Shown here piece by piece: positions 10,112 through 18,294 of a stretch of 37,015 nt of DNA (the stretch's first letter is position 1; each line of letters opens with the position of its first letter). The position numbers and the translations under genes are program-made. The DNA is taken from the IMG/VR virus record IMGVR_UViG_3300049183_000013, positions 1 to 37,015 of that record; one strand, 5' to 3'. Origin of the DNA: a virus. Taxonomy: Duplodnaviria; Caudoviricetes. The notes beneath the pieces are model-generated. The model worked only from the letters and a program-made list of their open reading frames with translations, did no database searches and had not been told where the DNA came from.

Positions 10112-10642
10112 TCAAGTCGGCCAGTTGATCGATTGCAGCGACGAGAAGATCACCCACGCTTCGTAGGTGGTTTCCTGCGTCTTCTTCTCGGAAGCCGGCG
10201 GATCCATGGCCCGCAGCTCCACGAAGATGGAAAGGACGTTGCGGTCCTGTCCGTCCTGCATGCGCTCCTGGAGGTTCAGCCAGCCGCGGACCTTCCGGTC
10301 GCTCTTCACGAACGGCGTCTGCGGCGTGCCCTGCACGATCGCACTGGCGAGACCGTAACGGAGCTGCTCGAAGAGCGCCGTCGTCCATGGCGTCTTCAGC
10401 TCGAAGATGTCGGCGGTGGTGTATTCCGTCTTGCCGGTCGTCCAGCCGTTGGCACCGCAGTCGTCGAAGTTCTCGGACGTCTTCTCCATCTTGTGGGTCG
10501 CCGAGTTCACGCCCGGCAGCTGAAGCCACAAGCCCGAGCCCGAGACCGGCTTGGTCGCGAGGTCGGAAGTGCCGGATGCTTCCAGCGCGAAATAGACGAT
10601 CTTGCCGGCGAAGAGTTTGGCAGCGAGTGCGAGATTGCTCAT
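10112..10642 (-). CDS. Putative major tail tube protein
   Basis: 176 aa, follows the neck genes; size and beta-rich pattern fit a siphovirus tube. Confidence 0.55.
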   Translation of the reverse strand: MSNLALAAKLFAGKIVYFALEASGTSDLATKPVSGSGLWLQLPGVNSATHKMEKTSENFDDCGANGWTTGKTEYTTADIFELKTPWTTALFEQLRYGLASAIVQGTPQTPFVKSDRKVRGWLNLQERMQDGQDRNVLSIFVELRAMDPPASEKKTQETTYEAWVIFSSLQSINWPT

Positions 10643-10679
10643 GATGGGGATTCTCCTTTTCTAACGGTTAAAGGTTCGT

Positions 10680-10892
10680 TCAAGCCACGCCCTCGATCTT
10701 GCCGAGACCCTGCGCTTGAGCCTCTTCGGCCTGCGGTTTCGGAAGCTTCATCCGCTTCCCCAATGCGTGGTGAGCCTCGCCGATGATCGCGGCGTGCTGT
10801 GTCACGGTGAACCAGACCTGCACGGGCGCAGCGGCCTCGGTGGCTGGCGTTTCGGCGGACCCTTCGCCCGCGGTGGTGTTCGTTCTGCCCAT
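10680..10892 (-). CDS. Small hypothetical virion protein
   Basis: 70 aa ORF from ATG 10892, in operon. Confidence 0.6.
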   Translation of the reverse strand: MGRTNTTAGEGSAETPATEAAAPVQVWFTVTQHAAIIGEAHHALGKRMKLPKPQAEEAQAQGLGKIEGVA

Positions 10893-10918
10893 GTTGGTTT
10901 GGTCTATCGGTGAAAATG

Positions 10919-11425
10919 TTAGAACTGCATCTCGCGGTCGAACGTGAGCGAGTAGGCAATGCAATCGGGATCAGGCAGCGGATCGTAGCCCGTCCACCGG
11001 ATCTCTTCGTAAAAGGGAAAGCCCGTGGCCCGGATCTCCGCATCGTGGAGGCCACGCATCAGCGCGACCGCCAGCTCCAGCGCCGTGCGGCTGCCCTTCG
11101 GCCGCTTCTTCGGGAAGACGTAGAGTTGAAGCTCGAGCTCGACCACGATCCGCGGCCCTCCCGAAAGCGGATCGGGATTCTTCCCACTGCCGCCGATGAT
11201 CAGCAGCGCAAGCCCCTTGGCCTTGGCGACGCTGACTTCGATTGCTTCCTCGATCTCCTTGTCTTCCGCCTCCGGCGCAATGACGGTCACGTTCTTCGGC
11301 CCGAAGTCGGACAGATCCGCACCGCTCGGTGTGATCTCCGCATCGGCAATGAACTGCGCGAGCGCCTGGAGCATTGGATCCAGTTCGCGATCGAGGTTCG
11401 TTTCGCCTGTCAGTTGGAAAGCCAT
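10919..11425 (-). CDS. Putative tail terminator/completion protein
   Basis: Acidic 168 aa ORF between the neck gene and tail tube gene. Confidence 0.5.
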   Translation of the reverse strand: MAFQLTGETNLDRELDPMLQALAQFIADAEITPSGADLSDFGPKNVTVIAPEAEDKEIEEAIEVSVAKAKGLALLIIGGSGKNPDPLSGGPRIVVELELQLYVFPKKRPKGSRTALELAVALMRGLHDAEIRATGFPFYEEIRWTGYDPLPDPDCIAYSLTFDREMQF

Positions 11426-11458
11426 CGATTTGAGAGAGAGTCTAGCAGTGCCACTCAG

Positions 11459-12070
11459 CTACTTTTTGTCCTTCAGCAGCGGTAACAGCGCCTTCTTCAG
11501 CGCCATCATGAAAGCTGCCGTGGTCCGTTCGCTCCTCAGCTCGGTTCCAAACGGCGCGCGCGCGGGCATGTCCACCCTGCGGCGATGTGCCCGCACCTGC
11601 GTCGCGGTCTTGCCCTTGCTGCCTTCGAAGTGGCGGTCCTTGAGCTTCTTCTTCAGCCGGTTCTGATAGCCTTTCGTCAGACGGCCGCGCTGGTAGGTCT
11701 TCTTGCCCATCAGGCTCCGCGTGTGCTGCCGCACGCCGACTTGCCCTTTGAAGCCGAATTCATGAACCGCGAAGTAAACCATGTTACTTCCGAACTGCAT
11801 GGCGATCTCGCCCGTCCGCAGGTTGAGCTGCGGCTTCGAGCAGCGGAGGCTCTTCTTCAACCGGCCCGAGCGCACACCGAGCTTGTGCTGGGAAACCGGG
11901 AAAGGACCCTTGCCGGAGAAGCGGTCACGACCCGCGTTTGTCGTCACAATCTTGCCAGCTTCGGCAAGCGCGCTACCGAACCGCGCAAGCGCCAATAGCT
12001 GCATCCGTGACGAGTTTTCCAACAACGTCCGCAGCTTGGCATCTTCGCTCGTGTCGATCCTGACTTCCAT
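11459..12070 (-). CDS. Virion morphogenesis (neck/tail completion, Mu gpG-like) protein
   Basis: Basic protein with RSGRLKKSL, GSNMVYFAVHEFG and MPARAPF motifs. Confidence 0.75.
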   Translation of the reverse strand: MEVRIDTSEDAKLRTLLENSSRMQLLALARFGSALAEAGKIVTTNAGRDRFSGKGPFPVSQHKLGVRSGRLKKSLRCSKPQLNLRTGEIAMQFGSNMVYFAVHEFGFKGQVGVRQHTRSLMGKKTYQRGRLTKGYQNRLKKKLKDRHFEGSKGKTATQVRAHRRRVDMPARAPFGTELRSERTTAAFMMALKKALLPLLKDKK

Positions 12071-12080
12071 GGCTGTCTTT

Positions 12081-12159
12081 TCACTGATCACTGATCACCG
12101 ATCACTCGGCACTTCTCATCGGCTGTTCCTGAAAACTGAACACTGAAAACTAGCAAACT
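12081..12159 (+). repeat. Heptamer repeat element copy 1 (modules A+B)
   Basis: (YGATCAC)n-CGGCACTT followed by GGCTGTTC-CTGAAAA-CTGAACA-CTGAAAA-CTAGCAAACT. Confidence 0.95.
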
Positions 12160-12163
12160 CGCC

Positions 12164-12778
12164 TCACTCCCCCCCAAACCTCCGATACCCCCGCAACGCC
12201 TCCACCACACCCTCCAGCATCCCCACATCCACCGTCTTCGGCGCGCTCTCATCCTTCTGCTTCCGAAAACTCACCGCGCCGAATAGCCCGCGGCTCTCCG
12301 CCTCGTGCTGGCATTGCAGCACCCACGCTTCGAGCACATCGTCCGGCAACGCGATCGCACCATCCGGCATCGCCGTCCCGTCGCGCGGATCGAGCCAATA
12401 CCCGGCCGCGTAGGTGATCCGCAGCTGCTGCCGCCGGCTGCCGGCGATGGTGAACGTCTCCAACAACCCGGACTTCTCATCGAGCGTCCACGAGTCATTC
12501 GCCAAGACCTCCGAGGTGCCGTCGGCATCGACGACTTCCACGGTATCGATCGCCTCGACCGGGAAATGCGTCAGCACCCAGCCGGACCCGTTCGCGGTGA
12601 ACTTGTCCACCGCCGCCGTGTCGCGGGCGAAGCACCGCGCACAATGCTTGTCGAACTTGCCCGCCACGCCACGGCCGAGCGCGCCCAGCGCCACATCCCA
12701 TTCGGTGTCCTCCGTCGCCGCATCCGGCATCAGACGACTCTTCAGGTAAGTGATCGTGGCGAATCCAGCGGTGAGCAT
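12164..12778 (-). CDS. Head-tail connector (gp6-like adaptor)
   Basis: After the capsid gene; HCARCF, FPVEAIDTV, ITYAAGY, LPDDV, C-terminal LRGYRR. Confidence 0.8.
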   Translation of the reverse strand: MLTAGFATITYLKSRLMPDAATEDTEWDVALGALGRGVAGKFDKHCARCFARDTAAVDKFTANGSGWVLTHFPVEAIDTVEVVDADGTSEVLANDSWTLDEKSGLLETFTIAGSRRQQLRITYAAGYWLDPRDGTAMPDGAIALPDDVLEAWVLQCQHEAESRGLFGAVSFRKQKDESAPKTVDVGMLEGVVEALRGYRRFGGE

Positions 12779-12805
12779 GGCGGGCGTTTCGTTCGGGGTT
12801 AGCTG

Positions 12806-12967
12806 TTAGCCGACGATTTCGACGATAGAGCCGAGCGCCTTCGCACGCTCGGGCGTGGTCTCGAACTCCTTGCCCTTGTCGTAGAACTCGCCGCCTTCGC
12901 GGATCGGTTCATTGGCGCGGACAGTCACGAGCGCGGCGGCCGCGGCTTCTTCTTTCTCTTTGGCCAT
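12806..12967 (-). CDS. Small capsid-adjacent protein (53 aa)
   Basis: ATG 12967; G.FY..G.EFE....RA..L pattern common just after capsid genes. Confidence 0.65.
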   Translation of the reverse strand: MAKEKEEAAAAALVTVRANEPIREGGEFYDKGKEFETTPERAKALGSIVEIVG

Positions 12968-13023
12968 GATGGTGGTGATTTGAGGTTGGTTATTGGTCGA
13001 TGAAACGGGCTTTAAAGGGAGTG

Positions 13024-13061
13024 GCGCCGGGCGGGTAAAACCCAAGAAACCCACCCGGCAC
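13024..13061 (-). terminator. Stem-loop after major capsid gene
   Basis: GTGCCGGGTGGGT...ACCCGCCCGGCGC on the minus strand; no strong U-tract. Confidence 0.5.
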
Positions 13062-13081
13062 CGTGCTATGGCTAGCAACTC

Positions 13082-14554
13082 TTACGAGGCCGCCGTGGTC
13101 AGCACCCCGAAGGCCGTGGCCTTCTTGGTCTTGGCAGCGGCGCGGACGCGCGCGCGGAAGACGATGCTGTCCTCGGTGAACTTCGCTTGATCGCTCGAAG
13201 CCCACTCGAAGTCGCGGCGCAGGCACACCGCTTGACCCATGCGGTCGCCGAAGACCGCGATCTTCTTGCTCACGCCGTCGGTGGCATTCGCACCGTGGGC
13301 GAGGATCACCGGATAGCCGAGGATCGAGCCGATCGCACCAGGCGCGGGAGCGTCGATGGATGGCAGGAAGATCGGGCGGCCGTTGAGGTCCTTGATCGCG
13401 AGCGTGCGCACCAGCATTTGCGGGTGGATGATCCAGCAAGTCGTCGGACGGCTAAGCACCGCGGCATCGACCGCGAGCATCGCCGTGAGGAAGTCCTCGA
13501 AGTCGAGTGTCGCCACGCTGACATTGCCGCTCGCTGCGACCGCCGCCGTGCCGGAGCCACCGAAGATCCCGGTAAAGCCGCCGTCGGTGGAGTCGGCACC
13601 GCCGTCCGCTTGCAAGCATGCCCAGTCGAGACCGTAGGCGGCCGCGTTGGCGAACTTGCGCAGCAGGTGACTGGTGAGGTCGATCTCCGCATCCTCAAGC
13701 AACTCGCGGGACACCTGGATCCAGCCGAGCAGCTTGTTGATGGTGGCGGTGAGCTGCGTGCCGGTCGGAGCACCTTCGGTGACCGCGGTGTTTTCCGTGG
13801 ACTGCCAGTACATCAGAGGATCCGTGGAATCCACGATCAGCTTGGCGCTGGAGGTGGACACCGGCATCACGTCAAACTTGTTCCAGATGCCATACTCGGC
13901 AATCGTCGAGTAGATCGCGGGAAGCAGCTGCGCGTTGATGTAGGTCGATCCGGGCGACGCACCATCCGACAGCGCCTTCGCTGCCATGGCGTCACGCCAG
14001 TCTTGTGCGCCCTTCTTCTGGTCATCGGTGATCTTGATGGATCCACCGTTGATGCGGGCCGCCGCTTCACGGGCGATGCCGTTGATCACGTTGCGCAGCT
14101 CCGGATCGGCCGAGATCAGATCGAGACCCGAGCCAAACATAGAGCGGCGCTCGGTCGCGATCTTGAGCTGGATCGAGGCGATCGAGCGTTGGATGTCCAC
14201 GATTTGGTTGGGCAACCCTTCGAAGCCCTTCACGTGACCCGAGAAGTCTTCCGCCAGCTTCTTGCTCTCCTTGTCGAGCTTGTCGAAGTTGTCAGTGATC
14301 GTCTTCTGCTGATCTCGGACCTTGCCGATCGCACCGAGAGCGCGCTCTTGGAACTGCGCGGGCGTCAGCGTGGCGCCGCCGCCCAGGTCGTCCGGATTGG
14401 AGTCCTGGCGACGCACGAACGCCATCGGCATGAAGCACGCCGTGGCAACAATCCCGCCCTTACCGGCGGTGGAGGTGCCGAAGACGAAAAGCGCCGCGGC
14501 AATCAAGATGGTGAAGAGCCAGAGAAAGCCCTTGGTGAGTCGATTTAATTTCAT
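13082..14554 (-). CDS. Major capsid protein, HK97 fold
   Basis: Coiled-coil delta domain, then VSRELLEDAEIDL, WIIHP, IKDLNGRPIF, ILGYPV, AVFGD motifs. Confidence 0.92.
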   Translation of the reverse strand: MKLNRLTKGFLWLFTILIAAALFVFGTSTAGKGGIVATACFMPMAFVRRQDSNPDDLGGGATLTPAQFQERALGAIGKVRDQQKTITDNFDKLDKESKKLAEDFSGHVKGFEGLPNQIVDIQRSIASIQLKIATERRSMFGSGLDLISADPELRNVINGIAREAAARINGGSIKITDDQKKGAQDWRDAMAAKALSDGASPGSTYINAQLLPAIYSTIAEYGIWNKFDVMPVSTSSAKLIVDSTDPLMYWQSTENTAVTEGAPTGTQLTATINKLLGWIQVSRELLEDAEIDLTSHLLRKFANAAAYGLDWACLQADGGADSTDGGFTGIFGGSGTAAVAASGNVSVATLDFEDFLTAMLAVDAAVLSRPTTCWIIHPQMLVRTLAIKDLNGRPIFLPSIDAPAPGAIGSILGYPVILAHGANATDGVSKKIAVFGDRMGQAVCLRRDFEWASSDQAKFTEDSIVFRARVRAAAKTKKATAFGVLTTAAS

Positions 14555-14583
14555 GTGATGATGGTTATTGGTCGGGTTGCTCT

Positions 14584-15402
14584 TCAGCCTGCGAGGCTTT
14601 CGAGCTTCTTCAGGAACTCCCTTTGTTCAGCCGCGCGCCTCTCTGCTTCCTCGGCTGCGGCGCGCTTGCCTGCCTCGGTGCCGGTGCCTCCACCGGGGTT
14701 TCCTGAAATCGTCTTGTCCGGGCGGCGCGTGATCCGGCCCATCTCGCGGGCGATCATCGAGCGCATCAGCTCGTCGGTCTCCGGCTTGTCGAGCGCCTTG
14801 CCCGCCAGCCGCAGGAAATGCATGTCGTCATCCGCGAAGCCGACGCCCGCGAGATCCGCATCCACCACGCACCCGGCATCGAAGGCCTTGGCCAGCGCGT
14901 TCGGATTCGCGCCGATGATGCACGCGCTCAGCTCGATCTGCTCTTGCTCGGTGAAGATCCGGTAACATTGGCCGGTAGTCGCGACATCGAGCCCGAGCCC
15001 GGTCGCCGCCTCGGAGAATTCCTTCGACCCGGACCAATGCGCCTTCACCGCGAAGAAGCCGACGCTGACCGCCTTGAGGAAGCCGCCGACCGTCATCTTC
15101 CACCCCAGCACCGCCAGCTTGTTTTCGGCGATGTCCTTCGCCCACTGGACCCGCTCGATCAGCTTGCCATCCGCGACCTTGAAATCGACCACCTTGCCGA
15201 GCTGCTTCTCGATCGAGTAGTAGTCGTGCGAATCGACAAAGGGAGCATTCTTCGCGAAGTGCGAGAACTTCCACCCGCGCGGGTCGATGATCTCGCGATA
15301 GCTATCGAGGCTCGCGTCGCTGGCCACGTACTCGACGAGGCCATCCGTTTCGGAAAGCACCTTGGCTTCGACGTTCAACGCGCGGATCAGTTTCTCGGAC
15401 AT
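14584..15402 (-). CDS. HK97-family prohead protease
   Basis: ASDASLDSYREII, FVDSHD, LKAVSVGF, ELSACIIGANPNAL. Confidence 0.9.
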   Translation of the reverse strand: MSEKLIRALNVEAKVLSETDGLVEYVASDASLDSYREIIDPRGWKFSHFAKNAPFVDSHDYYSIEKQLGKVVDFKVADGKLIERVQWAKDIAENKLAVLGWKMTVGGFLKAVSVGFFAVKAHWSGSKEFSEAATGLGLDVATTGQCYRIFTEQEQIELSACIIGANPNALAKAFDAGCVVDADLAGVGFADDDMHFLRLAGKALDKPETDELMRSMIAREMGRITRRPDKTISGNPGGGTGTEAGKRAAAEEAERRAAEQREFLKKLESLAG

Positions 15403-15411
15403 GATTGGAAA

Positions 15412-15438
15412 GGTAGGGTCGGACCGCCGGGCCGTCCG
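15412..15438 (+). repeat. GTAG-type REP-like hairpin
   Basis: GGTAGGGT-CGGAC...GTCCG, intergenic. Confidence 0.45.
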
Positions 15439-15483
15439 TGTTTGTGATTTGCTTTCAGTGTAGGGTGGCCACTCAGTCGCTTT

Positions 15484-15729
15484 TCAGCCGCGTGACGGGC
15501 GTGGATTGGGAACCACCGGTGGCTTGATCGGATCGGTCACATCGAAAGGCGGGTTGCATCGATAGTCCTTGGCGGAAAGCTTTCCTGTCACGGCGTCGAA
15601 CTCGGTAACCGTCGGTTCGCGGCGATGGCACTTCTCATGCGGTGTCGGCATCGCCTCTTCGATCACCTGCACGGTGACCTTGGCGCACACGCCAGGGCGA
15701 AGGTTCACGAACACGGTTGCTTCATTCAT
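15484..15729 (-). CDS. Hypothetical protein (81 aa)
   Basis: ORF between portal and protease, flanked by repeat elements. Confidence 0.5.
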   Translation of the reverse strand: MNEATVFVNLRPGVCAKVTVQVIEEAMPTPHEKCHRREPTVTEFDAVTGKLSAKDYRCNPPFDVTDPIKPPVVPNPRPSRG

Positions 15730-15736
15730 GGCTGTT

Positions 15737-15768
15737 TCACTGATCACTGATCACCGATCACCCGGCAC
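15737..15768 (+). repeat. Heptamer repeat element copy 2 (module A)
   Basis: TCACTGATCACTGATCACCGATCACCCGGCAC. Confidence 0.95.
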
Positions 15769-15774
15769 ACTGCT

Positions 15775-18102
15775 TTAGAACGGAATCTCATCGTTATCGT
15801 TCCCCTCGATATCCTCCTGATCCGGCCCGCTCACCGCGCCCCGCACGCACTTGCAATTGATCACCTCATCCGCCGGCGCGTCGGGATCGCCGGGGAACAT
15901 CATCGGCACGCCGCCGATGTCGAACGGCTCGCCCATCTCACGGATCTGCAAGTGCGCCGCCTGGTGCGTCAGCCGCGCGTTGTCGGTCAGGCCCGAGTGC
16001 AACCACTGCGTCCACTGCACCCCCGCTTGGCGGAAGGTCATGTCGCGGCCGGTCTCATAGACCACCGTCGTCTCTGTCTGCGCGATCCTCAGCGCGTCGT
16101 GATCCGTGAGCCCCTTGAACGATGCTTTAACGGCACCCGCCAACTCGCTGTTAGGACGGCCATCGTTGACCGCCTTCTGCAAGTCGCGCTGGACACGCTC
16201 CCAGACTTCCACCCCCGCATTGCGGATCCGGTTCTCGCGCCTCGCGATCGCGATGCTCACCTCGGTGGAAGGCAGCACCAGCGGATTGTCCACCGGTTTG
16301 CCCAGCTCATCGTGCCACAGCTCGAAGCCCGCCTGCTCCAGCATCGCCTTATCGGCATCGGTCAAGCCCTTCGTCCACTTCGGCAACCACGTGCCCAGGT
16401 CGAAGATCACCGAGAGCACATCGACCGCCTTCCCGCTGGGACCGCGGGACTCCAGTCCCGCATCTCCTGCCTTTCCTTCATCCACCGCCACCGCCCGTGC
16501 CAGCTTCTCCAGCGTCTCCGCCCGCGCATCCATCAGCAGGCGGCCCGCGATCGACTTCAGCTTCTTCACCCACGGCTTCCGCTTCGCCTGCGCCGCCGCC
16601 CACTGCTTGTTAGGCTTCCCTTCGCCCTTCTGTTCGGGATCACAGCACGCGCATCCCGTGGCTCCGGCATCCTGCCGGAAGCCTTTCCCTTCCACCCCAG
16701 GCAACCCGCGAAACAGCTTCTCCAAATCCTCCAGCGGATCCTCTTCCTTCCCCGCGTTTTCCTCCGCGACCTCTGCGTCTCCGCGGTTCGTTTCCTCATC
16801 CGCCCCGATCTCCTGCAAATTGAACGGCACCCGCCCCACATCATCGCCCTTGAAGCGCGGCAGCTTCAGCTTGAGATAATCACTCGCATCTTTCCATGGC
16901 ATGCCGAGCTGGACCACCTTCACCGCCGAGTCGATCCGCTCGCGGCGCACCGCCTGCATCGTCGAGTGCTCGTCCCAATCGAACTCCGCGAATAGCTCCA
17001 TGCCGCCGGTGAATTCCTTCACCACCTGCTCGATGCCGTCGCACAGCTTCGCGCCCATCGGCTGGCAGGTGTCCTCGATCAGGCGGAAGCGATCACTCGC
17101 CGAGCCGACGGAATACGACGCCATCACCTCGCCAAAGGACATCGGCACGCCAAACGCGAGCAGGATCTCGTGGCGGTTCTCGATCCGCTGCGCGATGTAG
17201 GCGGTATCCACCGACGAAAGCCCCGGCTCCTTGACGTCGATGTCGCCAGTCATGAACACCGGCCGGAAGTCACCGCGGCGGCTCAGCTCGCGCTTCTGGC
17301 GCAGCATCGCCGTGATCTGCTTGATTTGCTCGGGACTCGCGGAGCCGTCCTTTCCGATGACATACGGACCGCGGTCGCCGTTGTTCAGCATCAGGTTCCG
17401 CGCGAACACCGAGGCCGCGTAGTCGCTCTCGCTGGCAATCCGGGCGCGCTCCCATGGCGCCAGCCCGCGGACCTCATCGTACGGGTTGTAGTACTTGAGA
17501 TGCACCACTTGCTCCGGGATCAGGCTGATCCGCTGGCCGCTGCCGGCCGTCCATTGCCAGCCGACCAGCTCGCGCGCCGGGCCTTCCAGCACCGGCCGCA
17601 TGTCGCAGGGCCGGGCGAGAATGAGAGGGCTCTTCTTCCGGAGCGACCGCTTCATCCACGTGTCGTCCATGATCCAGAAGCATTCGCCCTCCAGTGACAG
17701 CCACGCCACGCTGGCCTCGATCAAGTCGGCCCGCGCCATCAGCCCGCCGCGAGTCTTCGCCGGGCGTTCCCAGAATGCCGTGAGCGCCGGGTCTTCATAA
17801 GCGACATCCCCGCCGCGCCGGTCCTTCGAGAACATCAGCGGCACCGCCTGGATCGGCTGCGCGACGAAACCAATCGCCGCGCCCACCCAGGTGGACTGCG
17901 CATACGGCTGCGTCAGGTTCGCCCGGCCGCTCGCCGCCGTCCCGCTCTCGTCATTCAGGAAGTGGGCGAGGGAAGCATTCGACTTCTGCACCGTGAGCGC
18001 CCCGCTCCCCGCCGCCGCCACCGTCGCCGATGATACGGACACCGAAACATTCCCGACGGCACCCTTCGAGCCACCGCCAAACAGGTTAGAAAGGAACCTC
18101 AC
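15775..18102 (-). CDS. HK97-type portal fused to MuF/SPP1 gp7-like head morphogenesis domain
   Basis: Portal motifs (LSLEGECF, EQVVHLKYYNPYD..RGLAP, ILLAFGVP) followed by RIAQTET, W.....RLTH, FPGDP....EVINCKC. Confidence 0.88.
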   Translation of the reverse strand: MRFLSNLFGGGSKGAVGNVSVSVSSATVAAAGSGALTVQKSNASLAHFLNDESGTAASGRANLTQPYAQSTWVGAAIGFVAQPIQAVPLMFSKDRRGGDVAYEDPALTAFWERPAKTRGGLMARADLIEASVAWLSLEGECFWIMDDTWMKRSLRKKSPLILARPCDMRPVLEGPARELVGWQWTAGSGQRISLIPEQVVHLKYYNPYDEVRGLAPWERARIASESDYAASVFARNLMLNNGDRGPYVIGKDGSASPEQIKQITAMLRQKRELSRRGDFRPVFMTGDIDVKEPGLSSVDTAYIAQRIENRHEILLAFGVPMSFGEVMASYSVGSASDRFRLIEDTCQPMGAKLCDGIEQVVKEFTGGMELFAEFDWDEHSTMQAVRRERIDSAVKVVQLGMPWKDASDYLKLKLPRFKGDDVGRVPFNLQEIGADEETNRGDAEVAEENAGKEEDPLEDLEKLFRGLPGVEGKGFRQDAGATGCACCDPEQKGEGKPNKQWAAAQAKRKPWVKKLKSIAGRLLMDARAETLEKLARAVAVDEGKAGDAGLESRGPSGKAVDVLSVIFDLGTWLPKWTKGLTDADKAMLEQAGFELWHDELGKPVDNPLVLPSTEVSIAIARRENRIRNAGVEVWERVQRDLQKAVNDGRPNSELAGAVKASFKGLTDHDALRIAQTETTVVYETGRDMTFRQAGVQWTQWLHSGLTDNARLTHQAAHLQIREMGEPFDIGGVPMMFPGDPDAPADEVINCKCVRGAVSGPDQEDIEGNDNDEIPF

Positions 18103-18294
18103 TGGCCACCCCCTTTCCGGCCGCTAGATTCGCGGACCTGAATCTTCCCCTCGGATTGACCATCTAACCCCGTTGAAAACCCGTTTAAACGCCCCGGAGA
18201 CCGCCGAACGGCTCCCTCGCGGGTCAATGCGCCCGAGACGGGGGGCACCCCCCGATTTCCGAACACGGCTCGATGATGGCTTGAAGGGGTCATT

